DNA of 64,000 nt. Origin: Candidatus Hodarchaeaceae archaeon. Its GTDB lineage: Archaea > Hadarchaeota > Hadarchaeia > Hadarchaeales > Hadarchaeaceae. Numbering within the stretch: the stretch's first letter is position 1; every line of letters starts with the position of its first letter. This document shows positions 35,714 through 44,402 of this stretch, piece by piece. The position numbers and the translations under genes were made by a program. The notes beneath the pieces were generated by a model. The model was given only the letters and a program-made list of their open reading frames with translations. It did no database searches and had not been told where the DNA came from. Location of the stretch: NCBI GenBank assembly GCA_030018135.1, contig JASEGJ010000002.1, positions 1,230 to 65,229 on the forward strand, given 5' to 3'.

Positions 35714-36224
35714 CATGGGCATCGAAGAGGATCGCTCGACCATAGAGGCGGCCCTCTACGCCGCCGACCGCCCTTTGACCCTGAGTGAGCTCTGCGGGGT
35801 GCTCGGCACCTCCTCCGAGACCTACGTACGCAAGCTCATCGATGCGCTCATGGCAAACTACAAGAAGCGCGGGGGACCCCTCATGCTATCGGAGACTGCT
35901 AAGGACACGTTCGCGCTCACCCTCAGCGAGGGTTACATGCCGAAGCTCGAGGGCATCATGCCCAAGACCAAGCTCTCCCGTAGCACCCTGAAGACGCTCG
36001 CGCTCGTAGCGTACAAGCAGCCGATCCAGCAGGCGAGGCTCGCGGAGTTTCGCGGGGGGAGGGTGTACGAGCACGTAAAGCAGCTCGCGGCCCTCGGCTT
36101 CGTCGAGTCGAGGCCGTTTGGCCGCACCCGGGTGCTCCGGACATCGAAAAGGTTCGCTGGCTACTTCGGCTTCGAGGACGATATGGACAAGATCCGCGAG
36201 CGGCTTGAGGAGTTAATGCGATAG
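35706..36224 (+). CDS. scpB: segregation and condensation protein B
   Basis: Tandem wHTH layout (IEAALYAADRPLTLSEL..., LKTLALVAYKQPIQQARLAEFRG). Overlaps scpA by 8 nt. Confidence 0.85.
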   Translation: MLSMGIEEDRSTIEAALYAADRPLTLSELCGVLGTSSETYVRKLIDALMANYKKRGGPLMLSETAKDTFALTLSEGYMPKLEGIMPKTKLSRSTLKTLALVAYKQPIQQARLAEFRGGRVYEHVKQLAALGFVESRPFGRTRVLRTSKRFAGYFGFEDDMDKIRERLEELMR

Positions 36225-36305
36225 CTGTTTTTTGCTTTCCCTTCCGCTGCTCCCGGCCAGAACACTTTTAACCGCTGGCGTGAAACAGCAAACGATGTGG
36301 TTTAT

Positions 36306-36737
36306 ATGGCGAGATGGCAGGGCAGGTCGTTGACCAAGCCAAGCGGCGGGCGAATTTGGGCCAAGCGCAAGAAGCGCAAGCGGGAGATGGGCAGCGAGTT
36401 CGTCGAGACCAAATTGGGCGCAACCAAGCGCGTCGCGCACAGGGCGAGGGGCGGGGCCAGCAAGTTCAGGTTATTGGCGGTGGACATCGCAAATGTCACG
36501 GACCCAAAAACTGGGCAGACAAAAAAGGCGAAAATTATAACCGTGGTCGAAAATCAGGCCGACCCGCACTTCGTGCGCCGAAACGTACTCACCAAGGGCG
36601 CGGTGATCGAGACCGAGCTCGGGCGGGCGCGCGTGACCAGCAGGCCCGGGCAACAGGGCGTCATAAGCGCGGTGCTGCTTGAGGGGCCCAAGGCACCGGA
36701 GGGCAAGCCCGCCGAACCTGAACCCGAAAAATCATAG
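36306..36737 (+). CDS. rps8e: 30S ribosomal protein S8e
   Basis: MARWQGRSLTKPSGGR... N-terminus and the S8e core. Confidence 0.9.
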   Translation: MARWQGRSLTKPSGGRIWAKRKKRKREMGSEFVETKLGATKRVAHRARGGASKFRLLAVDIANVTDPKTGQTKKAKIITVVENQADPHFVRRNVLTKGAVIETELGRARVTSRPGQQGVISAVLLEGPKAPEGKPAEPEPEKS

Positions 36738-37160
36738 CGTTTGCTGTTTTCCCTTTCCCACGATGTGCACTACCTCCCAGCCCCGCCTCCGCAGGCGCCG
36801 CGCTATGAAGCGGCGGTGGCAGGCGCTGGGGCTCGACTCAACGCACATGATCGTCGCCACCCTCTCGCGGGCCAGCTGCGTCAGCTTCTCCAGCCCATGT
36901 TTGAAATCTGCGGTGTGCATGTGGGCTTCATATCCTCCCCTGCGATAGCCCCCCAGCTCTCGGAGGTGAACGTAATCTATGCCCCTAGCCGGCAAGGTCT
37001 CCTGCAGATTTTCCTTCACGAACTCCGGCCACTTAGAGGTCGGAAACGAGCGAACGTCGACAACCAGCTCTATGCCGAAGCGCTCGAGCAACGCCAAGAA
37101 ATCGTCGAACTTTCGGTTGCCGTAGCCAATGGTGTAAATCCTCGCCGTGGCGACCCCCAA
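36732..37160 (-). CDS. DUF488-family protein
   Basis: IYTIGYGNR...LVDVRSFPTSK...CVESSPSACHRRFIA pattern of DUF488. Confidence 0.8.
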   Translation of the reverse strand: MGVATARIYTIGYGNRKFDDFLALLERFGIELVVDVRSFPTSKWPEFVKENLQETLPARGIDYVHLRELGGYRRGGYEAHMHTADFKHGLEKLTQLARERVATIMCVESSPSACHRRFIARRLRRRGWEVVHIVGKGKQQTL

Positions 37161-37216
37161 TTTTTTTATCTCCCCAAAACCTTTAAGGTAGCCGAGCGGA
37201 CCTTCGTGGCGGTAAC

Positions 37217-38017
37217 ATGCAACAAATTCAAATCTCGCTCACCCCCGCAGAGTCGAAGCGCCTGATCTCCAAGGCCGTCGTCAAGCTACCAGAGGTTCAA
37301 AGGGCATTTCAGGAGGGCATCGTGGTCATCAACGTTGGCTCGACCAACGCTTGCGTGGCGGAGGAATTGCTCGGACAAAAAGTCGAGCACGAGCGTTTTG
37401 TGGCGGGCGTGGTCCTACCGAAGGGTACCTGCGTCGTGCCGCGCGAAAAGCGCAGGCGCGAGATCGTCGTTCGCAGGGGCGAGGTCATCGAAGCAAGGGC
37501 GGACGACGTGCTCCCCGAGATGGGCCCGGGCGACGTTTTCATAAAGGGCGCAAATGCGCTCGACGCGAGCGGCATCGCGGGCGTCTTGCTGGCGGACCCA
37601 AGGGGTGGCACGATGGGCAGGTCCATCGGGGCACTGCTTTCGAGGGGCGTTAACATAATCGTCCCAGTCGGACTCGAAAAATTCATCCCCGGCAGCGTGA
37701 ATGAAATCGCGGTAATCGCCGGCATGGATAGGATGGCTTTCGCTACCGGTGTGCCCCTCGGCCTCATGCCGGTCGTCGGCAAGGTCATCACGGAGGTAGA
37801 GGCCATTCAAATTCTAACGGGAGGCGAGGCTAAGGTGATGGGCAAGGGCGGCTTATCGGGAGCGGAGGGCAGCGTAACTTTGCTCGTGCGCGGCACGCCG
37901 GAGCAGGTGAAAAAATTCAAGGACATGATGAAATCCATCAAGGGGGAAGGGCCCCCGAAGGTCGAGACCGACTGCAAGGCCTGCGATCGGCAAAACTGCT
38001 GGCTGAGGGCGCGGTAG
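37217..38017 (+). CDS. conserved hypothetical protein (266 aa)
   Basis: Long clean ORF with protein-like composition. No family recognised. C-terminal CKACDRQNC. Confidence 0.5.
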   Translation: MQQIQISLTPAESKRLISKAVVKLPEVQRAFQEGIVVINVGSTNACVAEELLGQKVEHERFVAGVVLPKGTCVVPREKRRREIVVRRGEVIEARADDVLPEMGPGDVFIKGANALDASGIAGVLLADPRGGTMGRSIGALLSRGVNIIVPVGLEKFIPGSVNEIAVIAGMDRMAFATGVPLGLMPVVGKVITEVEAIQILTGGEAKVMGKGGLSGAEGSVTLLVRGTPEQVKKFKDMMKSIKGEGPPKVETDCKACDRQNCWLRAR

Positions 38018-38353
38018 CTAACCCTTGCCCTCGTGGGTCCGGAGCTTGAAGCGGTACTCCACGGGCACGGCCTCCTTGACGACCTTGGAGCCGGCCACGA
38101 CCTCGTCGACGCTGTGGACCACGCCCCCCCACTCCTCTATGGCCGAGCGGATCGTGCCGTAGTCCAGCTCGCCGTCTATCGTCACCTTGATGGTCTCGGT
38201 ATCCTTGTCTATCTCGATCAGCGTCACGTTCACCCCCTCTATGCCCCGCATGGAACTCAACTTCATCGCGAACTCTGGCAGGGTGGGGCTGTGCGGCTTG
38301 AGCACATCGAGCACAAGCCGACGGAGCTTCGGAGAATCTGTCTTCTTTGCCAT
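38018..38353 (-). CDS. DUF211-family protein
   Basis: LRRLVLDVLKPH...GIEGVNVTLIEIDKDTETIKVTIDG pattern of DUF211. Confidence 0.75.
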   Translation of the reverse strand: MAKKTDSPKLRRLVLDVLKPHSPTLPEFAMKLSSMRGIEGVNVTLIEIDKDTETIKVTIDGELDYGTIRSAIEEWGGVVHSVDEVVAGSKVVKEAVPVEYRFKLRTHEGKG

Positions 38354-38419
38354 TAAATTATCACCTTTTATATATTTCGAAATGCTTATTAATTAGTAAT
38401 AAGGGTTTGACCTAAGCTT

Positions 38420-38716
38420 TTGGGGGGAAAATTGCGCAGGCTAGGTAAGGTCATGCATGTTACGAAGCGCGGGCTCGTGCTACGCGTCGAGGGGGTGCCG
38501 GAGCTCGGCAGGGCGGTATACGATGGGGAGCGCAGGCGCGTCGGCAGCGTGCTGGACGTATTTGGGCCCATCGGTAGCCCGTATGCGATGGTAAGGCCGG
38601 CCCAGGGCATGAGCCATGAGGACCTGACCGCGCTGATGGATAGGGAGTTGTTCACCAGAGAGAGGGAGTCGCATGGAAAGGGTGGAAAAGCAAAAGAAAT
38701 GCCCGGAATGCGGTAG
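38420..38716 (+). CDS. gar1: H/ACA RNP protein Gar1
   Basis: [16 protein letters not shown]...[18 protein letters not shown] is the Gar1 signature, and the conserved gar1-tfb gene order is present. Confidence 0.8.
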   Translation: MGGKLRRLGKVMHVTKRGLVLRVEGVPELGRAVYDGERRRVGSVLDVFGPIGSPYAMVRPAQGMSHEDLTALMDRELFTRERESHGKGGKAKEMPGMR

Positions 38717-39593
38717 CGGAAAGCTCGTGCGTGATTACGAGCGGGCCGAACTGGTCTGCGCTACCTGCGGCTTCGTCATTTACGACAAGATCATGGACAT
38801 GGGGCCGGAGTGGCGGGCCTTCGACCAGGAGCAGCGGGACAGGCGAGGGCGGGTAGGGGCCCCCATGACCTACACCATCCACGATAAGGGCCTGTCGACC
38901 ATGATCGACTGGCGGGACAGGGACAGCCACGGCAAGAACCTGACACCCAAGCGGAGGGCGCAAATTTACCGCCTTCGCAAGTGGCAGCGCAGGATCCGCG
39001 TTTCGGATGCCACCGAGCGCAACCTAGCCTTCGCGCTGTCCGAACTCGACCGAATGGCGTCGCACCTCGGGCTGCCCCGCAACGTGCGGGAGGCGGCGGC
39101 GGTGATTTACAGGCGGGCGGTTGAGGAGAGGCTGATCCGCGGGCGGTCCATCGAGGGCGTCGCGGCGGCGGCGCTGTACGCGGCCTGCAGGGAGTGCAAG
39201 GTCCCGCGCACGCTCGACGAGATCGCCGAGGTCTCCCGCGTTGGCAAGAAGGAGATCGGGCGCAGCTACCGCTTCATAGCCAGGGAGCTGCTGATCCACC
39301 TGCGCCCGACGAGCCCGATCGACTACGTCCCGCGCTTCGGGAGCGAGCTGGGCCTGTCAGGCGAGGTTCAGTCCAAGGCGGTGGAGCTGCTCAAGGAGGC
39401 CAGCAATAAGGGGCTGACCTCCGGGCGGGGGCCGACGGGAGTCGCTGCGGCTGCGATTTACATAGCCAGCGTGCTCCAGGGCGAGAGGCGGACGCAGCGG
39501 GATGTGGCCGATGTGGCACGGGTTACTGAGGTCACCGTGAGGAACCGATATAAAGAACTCTGCGAAAAGCTCGGATTAGACGTAGAGCTTTAA
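38673..39593 (+). CDS. tfb: transcription initiation factor TFB
   Basis: N-terminal zinc ribbon CPECGS...CATCG, B-reader, and two cyclin repeats. Confidence 0.95.
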   Translation: MERVEKQKKCPECGSGKLVRDYERAELVCATCGFVIYDKIMDMGPEWRAFDQEQRDRRGRVGAPMTYTIHDKGLSTMIDWRDRDSHGKNLTPKRRAQIYRLRKWQRRIRVSDATERNLAFALSELDRMASHLGLPRNVREAAAVIYRRAVEERLIRGRSIEGVAAAALYAACRECKVPRTLDEIAEVSRVGKKEIGRSYRFIARELLIHLRPTSPIDYVPRFGSELGLSGEVQSKAVELLKEASNKGLTSGRGPTGVAAAAIYIASVLQGERRTQRDVADVARVTEVTVRNRYKELCEKLGLDVEL

Positions 39594-39614
39594 ATTTTCC
39601 TTCTTTTCATTTAG

Positions 39615-39657
39615 GATTACTTTCAGTGACCTCTCTCCCCAAAAGACGCTTAAAGCG
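39615..39657 (+). promoter_or_regulatory. copy B of the GATTACTTTCAGTGACCTCTCTCCCCAAAAGACGCTTAAAGCG promoter element
   Basis: Same sequence and same orientation relative to the downstream gene as copies A and C. The TTAAA box lies about 30 nt before the ORF start, and GGAGGTG lies just before TTG 39689. Confidence 0.6.
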
Positions 39658-39679
39658 ATGATGAGAGGGCTCCACGGAG

Positions 39680-40855
39680 GTGGTGAGTTTGAAGGAAATC
39701 GTTGGAGATCAGGATGGAGTTATCCTCGATACATTGGAGATGGTGCCGAGCGAAATTTCAGGGCGAAAAGTCGTTGCCAAAAGTTTAAGCAACAAGGTGG
39801 CCTTATATCCTCCCGCATCAGGGAAGTGGGGCGGAGGCAGAGAATCTAAAAAAGTCATCCTCAACAGAATCGTGCTATTGGATAGGCTGTTTTTTGAGGG
39901 ACTTGGGCTATGGCAAGGTGAAGGAAGCAAGGGCAAGGGTATCTATTTTTGTAACTCTAACTTGCAAATCATGCGCCATTTCTTAACGTTCGTCGAAGAA
40001 AAGCTAGGGTTACCAAGAGCTGACTTTAAAGTTACAGTCTGCACACCTCGCTCTAGCGAGCAGGATGAAATCAGAGAGAAATTGTCCGAAGTGCTCGGAG
40101 TTCCGATCAACAATTTCACAGCTGTGTGCGTCGATCCCAGAATCAATAAGGAAAACGTTCAGGTATACATTAACTCGATTGTACTAGTTGAACTGCTAAA
40201 GAATTTACATGAAAAGTTGAAGCCGTTGATCAGATCGAATACAGAGTTCGCGGCAGCTTACCTACGGGGCATATTTGCTGGAGAAGGCTCCGTGTTATTG
40301 AAAAAGTCCGGGGTTTTATTCCACGTTGACTTCGCTACCAAAGATGAAAGCTCAGTTGAGTTCTATAAACAATGCCTCGATCTTCTCGGAATTGCACATG
40401 GCAAATATATGGAACGGAGTCTAAAATTTCAAATCTATGGCCGGCGAAATTTCCAACGCTTCAAGGAGCTCGACATCCACACCCTGCACCCGGAGAAGCA
40501 TGTAAAGTTTGAACAAGGATTCGCAAACTACAAACGCACAAATGTGTTGGATGGTGAGGAAGCCCGATCGCTCATCATACAGCAACTCGCCTCGGGTCCG
40601 AAAACCTACGACGAGCTTGCGGCAGCGTTGGGTAAGGCTAGGACGACGATTCAAGCCCACCACATCCCGATCCTCGAACGCCGAGGCCTCTTGAAATGTG
40701 TCGGGAAGCGTGGTCAAGCTTCGCTCTGGGCCCTTACGGAAGGCAAAATAACTCCACCGCCAAATGTTAATCGAGCCCCATGCGAGGAACCTACGCCCTG
40801 CTCGTGCACGTGCCCTACGACCTCGCCGTCAGCGTGGGCGAGCTCGGCACGCTGA
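39680..40855 (+). CDS. LAGLIDADG-type (double-motif) endonuclease-like protein fused to a C-terminal winged helix
   Basis: Two LAGLIDADG-like motifs (LFFEGLGLWQGEGS and AAAYLRGIFAGEGS). C-terminal wHTH (LIIQQLASGPKTYDELAAALGKARTTIQAHHIPILERRGLL). Visibly AT-richer than its flanks. The last ~25 codons overlap the next gene and may not be real. Confidence 0.6.
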   Translation: MVSLKEIVGDQDGVILDTLEMVPSEISGRKVVAKSLSNKVALYPPASGKWGGGRESKKVILNRIVLLDRLFFEGLGLWQGEGSKGKGIYFCNSNLQIMRHFLTFVEEKLGLPRADFKVTVCTPRSSEQDEIREKLSEVLGVPINNFTAVCVDPRINKENVQVYINSIVLVELLKNLHEKLKPLIRSNTEFAAAYLRGIFAGEGSVLLKKSGVLFHVDFATKDESSVEFYKQCLDLLGIAHGKYMERSLKFQIYGRRNFQRFKELDIHTLHPEKHVKFEQGFANYKRTNVLDGEEARSLIIQQLASGPKTYDELAAALGKARTTIQAHHIPILERRGLLKCVGKRGQASLWALTEGKITPPPNVNRAPCEEPTPCSCTCPTTSPSAWASSAR

Positions 40856-41205
40856 GCTTCAACGCAGGCTACTACGCCTACATCGGCTCGGCGCTGGGCG
40901 GCCTCAAGGCGCGAGTGGGGCGCCACCTCCGAGCTGAGAAGAGGCCCCACTGGCACATCGACTTCCTCCTGGCGAGGAGCAGGGCTGTGGACATCGTCGC
41001 AGCCCCCTCTCGAACGCGAAGGGAGTGCGCGGTCGCGGGGGAGCTGGCAAAAAAACTCCAAAGCGTCAGAGGATTCGGCTCCAGCGATTGTGCCTGCCAG
41101 TCGCACCTTTTCTACAGCCCCGACTTCAACGAGCTCCTCAGGCGGGTGCTGCTGGGCTTCAGGGCGTGCGGGTTGAAGCCCGCCAAGGGTGGTCCGCTTG
41201 GGTAG
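40780..41205 (+). CDS. GIY-YIG superfamily nuclease, DUF123 family
   Basis: GTYALLV...GYYAYIGSALGGLKARVGRHL...HWHIDFL is the DUF123 (URI-like) signature. Confidence 0.8.
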   Translation: MRGTYALLVHVPYDLAVSVGELGTLSFNAGYYAYIGSALGGLKARVGRHLRAEKRPHWHIDFLLARSRAVDIVAAPSRTRRECAVAGELAKKLQSVRGFGSSDCACQSHLFYSPDFNELLRRVLLGFRACGLKPAKGGPLG

Positions 41206-41812
41206 GCGGTGGCAGCTCGAGCGGGGGCGGGACCACTTCTACCGCATGGCCAAGCGCGAGCGCTACAGGTCACGTGCGGCCTTCAAGCTGAAGCAGTTGG
41301 ACGAACGCTACAACCTCCTGCGCCGCGGGCATGTCGTCGTCGATTTGGGCGCCGCACCAGGGGGCTGGCTCCAGGTGGCCCGCGAGCGCGTGGGGGGCGA
41401 GGGCTTCGTGCTGGGCATCGACCTACAGGCGATAGCCGAGCTGCCGCACGAGAACGTCGCCACGCTCGTCGCCGACATCACCGACGCCTCCACGCCCGAG
41501 CTCATCATGGCGAAGTTGCCCAGGGCTGCTGACGTCGTGCTCTCCGACGCCTCACCCAAAATCTCAGGCGTTTGGGACGTCGACCAAGCGAGGTCGGTCG
41601 AGCTCGCCCGCTCCGCGCTGGCGATCGCAGATGCAATCCTAGCTCCCGGAGGAAAGTTGCTCGTCAAGGTCTTTCAGGGAGGGATGTTCGAGGAGCTGGT
41701 CGCCGAGGTGAGGCGGAGGTTCAGCTCCCTCAAGGTCACCAAGCCCGCCGCCTCGCGCAGGGGGAGCGCCGAGGTCTACGTCGTGGCGAAGGGCTTCAGG
41801 CGATCTCGATAG
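41189..41812 (+). CDS. rlmE: 23S rRNA 2'-O-ribose methyltransferase RlmE/FtsJ
   Basis: DHFYRMAKRERYRSRAAFKL, SAM motif VVDLGAAPGGW, and the K-D-K-E family layout. Confidence 0.9.
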   Translation: MVRLGRRWQLERGRDHFYRMAKRERYRSRAAFKLKQLDERYNLLRRGHVVVDLGAAPGGWLQVARERVGGEGFVLGIDLQAIAELPHENVATLVADITDASTPELIMAKLPRAADVVLSDASPKISGVWDVDQARSVELARSALAIADAILAPGGKLLVKVFQGGMFEELVAEVRRRFSSLKVTKPAASRRGSAEVYVVAKGFRRSR

Positions 41813-42187
41813 CCCGCCCCGCGGCCTTCGGCAGGGTTACCTTGAGCACGCCGTTTTCCTGCTTCGTTGCCACCTGCTCGACCCTCACCGCACAGGGCAG
41901 CGCGACCACGCGATAGAAGCGGTCGACCCGCTCCCTCAGCAATGCTTCCTTCGGCGTCTCCCTCTTTGCCCCGAGCTCAAGCGAGTCGCCGAACGCCCTG
42001 AGCTTGACGTCCCCCTCCGCACGCCGGGCAGGTCGGCGTGCACCACCAGCCTTTCTCCCTCGTCGCAGATGTCCACGCGCGGCTCGTACGGGAGTTCGAA
42101 CGGGATGCGCTAGGGCCTCGGGCCGCGAGGGATGAGCGGCGGGCGCGGGTAGCCGAAGTCCCACTCCCATGGGCTAGGGCGCGACAT
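41796..42187 (-). pseudogene. Hsp20/alpha-crystallin small heat-shock protein, disrupted
   Basis: The reconstructed protein MSRPSPWEWDFGYPRPPLIPRGPRP*RIPFELPYEPRVDICDEGERLVVHADLPGVRRG/DVKLRAFGD...GVLKVTLPK needs readthrough of an in-frame TAG (42110-42112) and a frame change in a C5/G5 run (42011-42015). Confidence 0.7.
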
Positions 42188-42224
42188 AGCACCACCGACT
42201 TAAACTATGTACTGAGGACAAAAA

Positions 42225-43388
42225 TCATTTCGCGAGCGAGCGGATCATCTCACCCAGGGGCGCGTCCGTCCGCAGGCCGGTGGGCGAGAAGTGCGTTCTG
42301 GACGCGAAGTAGCCCCGCCCCTTGAGCTCGGCTATGAAATCTGCGATCTTCGGCGGCGGCGCCTTCGCGCGCCTGGCCACCTCGTGGATGTCGTAAAATG
42401 TCGGCGGTCCGTCCGCCTCCTCGACGCAGCGGTTCAACAGCGTTAGGGCGCTATGTCTAAGCTTGAAGTCGCGACTATGAAGGTCGGCGATCACCCTTTG
42501 GACGAACGCCTCGTCCATCAGTTGCCCTAACCAGAGCGGGCCAGCGTGGGTGAGCTTACCCCCGCATTCGCAGGTGCTGGGCAGCTCCGCGGTGATGCCC
42601 CTCGAAATCGCCCGACGCCCGCAGGCGTGGCAATGCGACACGTAGCCCTGCCTTGCCAAGACATCGTCCGAGGCTCTGGCTCCTGCTCCGGCGCGAAGGT
42701 AGACTCTGAAGTAGTGCAGGGTGCTGTGAGCTAAAAGCGGGATGAGCGCGAACTCGTGTCTGCCGCCGACCCGCTGGCAGAAGCTGACGAGGATCCTGAC
42801 TCCAAGCTCGTGGCAGTACTCCGTCCGAAGCGGGCGGGCGCCGTACCTCCGCAGGCATGCCCTCGCGTGCGTGCCGCTGAGGGGTGCCGTATCGGTCGCG
42901 GTCAGCATCAGGACGCCGCGGTTCACGAGCGCGGCGCAGGCGGCGTCCACGAATGGCGCGGGGGAGCCGAATGGATCGAGGTCGACGACGTGAAACCTCG
43001 GCCTGTGGCTCCAGAGCAGGGCGTTCGCGTCCTCGTTTCTGACCTCGACCAGCCTCGCCAGCCCATTGAGCTCGGCGTTCCTGCGGATGAGCTCGAAGGC
43101 CTCGGGGGAGCGGTCGTTGAGCACGACGTTTGAGACGCCCTCCACCTCCTTGGCATAGCGAAGCCCCCTAGCCCCAACTCCCGCGAGCGGGTCGCATATG
43201 CGGAGGCCGCCAACCTCCTTGGCCAAGACTTGCATCGCGGAGACCGAGATGTCTCGGCAGAGCTCCATCAGCGGGTTGTAGAACACTCGCGTGAGCGAGG
43301 GGGCGTAGTCGCCCGCCGGCGTTCGAAACCGCTCGAGCTCTGGGACCTCGAGCCTGGTGGCGCCCTCGGTTATGAACTGCGTCGGCAT
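42225..43388 (-). CDS. trm1: tRNA (guanine26-N2)-dimethyltransferase Trm1
   Basis: FYNPLMELCRDISV, DPLAGVGARGLRYA, DLDPFGSPAPF and a Cys cluster CHACG...CECGG. Start placed at MPTQFITEG. Confidence 0.9.
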   Translation of the reverse strand: MPTQFITEGATRLEVPELERFRTPAGDYAPSLTRVFYNPLMELCRDISVSAMQVLAKEVGGLRICDPLAGVGARGLRYAKEVEGVSNVVLNDRSPEAFELIRRNAELNGLARLVEVRNEDANALLWSHRPRFHVVDLDPFGSPAPFVDAACAALVNRGVLMLTATDTAPLSGTHARACLRRYGARPLRTEYCHELGVRILVSFCQRVGGRHEFALIPLLAHSTLHYFRVYLRAGAGARASDDVLARQGYVSHCHACGRRAISRGITAELPSTCECGGKLTHAGPLWLGQLMDEAFVQRVIADLHSRDFKLRHSALTLLNRCVEEADGPPTFYDIHEVARRAKAPPPKIADFIAELKGRGYFASRTHFSPTGLRTDAPLGEMIRSLAK

Positions 43389-43632
43389 GCTCTCAAAACT
43401 GGTACGTCGGCGGGCGTCTAATCTCTTACGGGCCCGCGGCCAACGGTTCGTCATTATCCCGACTTGGTCACAGATCTAAGGTTGGATGGCGGGTCGTCAG
43501 TTGAGCGGGGGCGGTTTATATGGGAAAAAAACGTCATCGAGATCACAAAGCCATCCTGCTCGCCGAAGAATTGAGCTATAATTCTCCCCCTCCGATATAT
43601 GCTGGGCAAAAAAAAATGGACGGCGGTGGGTT

Positions 43633-44301
43633 ATGGTTCTAAAGGGGGATGCGCTTAGAAGGGCCGCGCTGAGGGCCGTGCTTACCTTGCTGCTCCTCAG
43701 TTTGCCCCTGATGCTCGCGGACCTAATCCAGCGCCTCCGAATTACGTACCTGCCGGAATTGAGGGTGGACGAAATCCTCGCCCTGTCCGGCATGACCTTG
43801 TTCGGGCTGTTCGCGGTCTTGAAGCTGACAGATAGGAGGGCGCTGGTCAGGCCGGGGAAGCGGAACTCCGCCCGGGAATTCGCCGCCGGGACCGCGATCT
43901 TGGCGTGCATGGACGTCCTCGGCCTCCTGGCGGCCAACTTGATACTCTTCGAGGGCGTCGTCTCCACCGGCGCGGGCGTAGGATTGTTCTTCCTTTGGTT
44001 CGCGGTGATAATCGGCCCCCTGGGCGAGGAGTGGATTTTCAGGCACGTCCTCATCAGCGGGTTGAGGCGGGTCGGAAGGGGGCTCAAGCGTTTGCCGCCC
44101 ATCTATGTTTGCGTCGCCGCCTCCGCCCTGATATTCGGCCTCGCGCACCTATTTGATCCGACCATAAAGAGATCGCTCGCGGACATCCCACCCATCGCCT
44201 ACTCCGGCGCCCTCTACGGCGTGGGCTACGTTAAGTACGGCCTGGCGAGCGCGATCCTGCTTCACGCGTTGGGCAACCTCGCGGTCGCACTCCTTTTATG
44301 A
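43633..44301 (+). CDS. CPBP-family (CAAX/Abi) intramembrane protease
   Basis: GPLGEEWIFRHV, FGLAHL and LLHALGNL motifs in a polytopic protein. Confidence 0.8.
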   Translation: MVLKGDALRRAALRAVLTLLLLSLPLMLADLIQRLRITYLPELRVDEILALSGMTLFGLFAVLKLTDRRALVRPGKRNSAREFAAGTAILACMDVLGLLAANLILFEGVVSTGAGVGLFFLWFAVIIGPLGEEWIFRHVLISGLRRVGRGLKRLPPIYVCVAASALIFGLAHLFDPTIKRSLADIPPIAYSGALYGVGYVKYGLASAILLHALGNLAVALLL

Positions 44302-44402
44302 CGGCAAATTTTGCCGATCGGGTAGGTAAAACAACACTGAAGATGTAAAGGCTATATTGTAGACGGCTAGGGTATTTATAAACATCCGAAAAGCTGGGGG
44401 GT

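Noticed and set aside
42110-42112. In-frame TAG in hsp20 as a pyrrolysine codon.
   Set aside because: TAG is used as the ordinary stop of at least aIF2-beta (1759-1761) and polC (10850-10852) in this window. No pyl genes are present here, and the same gene also carries a homopolymer frameshift. Error or pseudogene is more parsimonious.
43497-44102. 201-aa minus-strand ORF overlapping the CPBP protease gene.
   Set aside because: It is antisense to a gene with clear family motifs (EEWIFR, FGLAHL, HALGNL), and its own sequence is Ser/Arg/Pro-rich with no recognisable domain.
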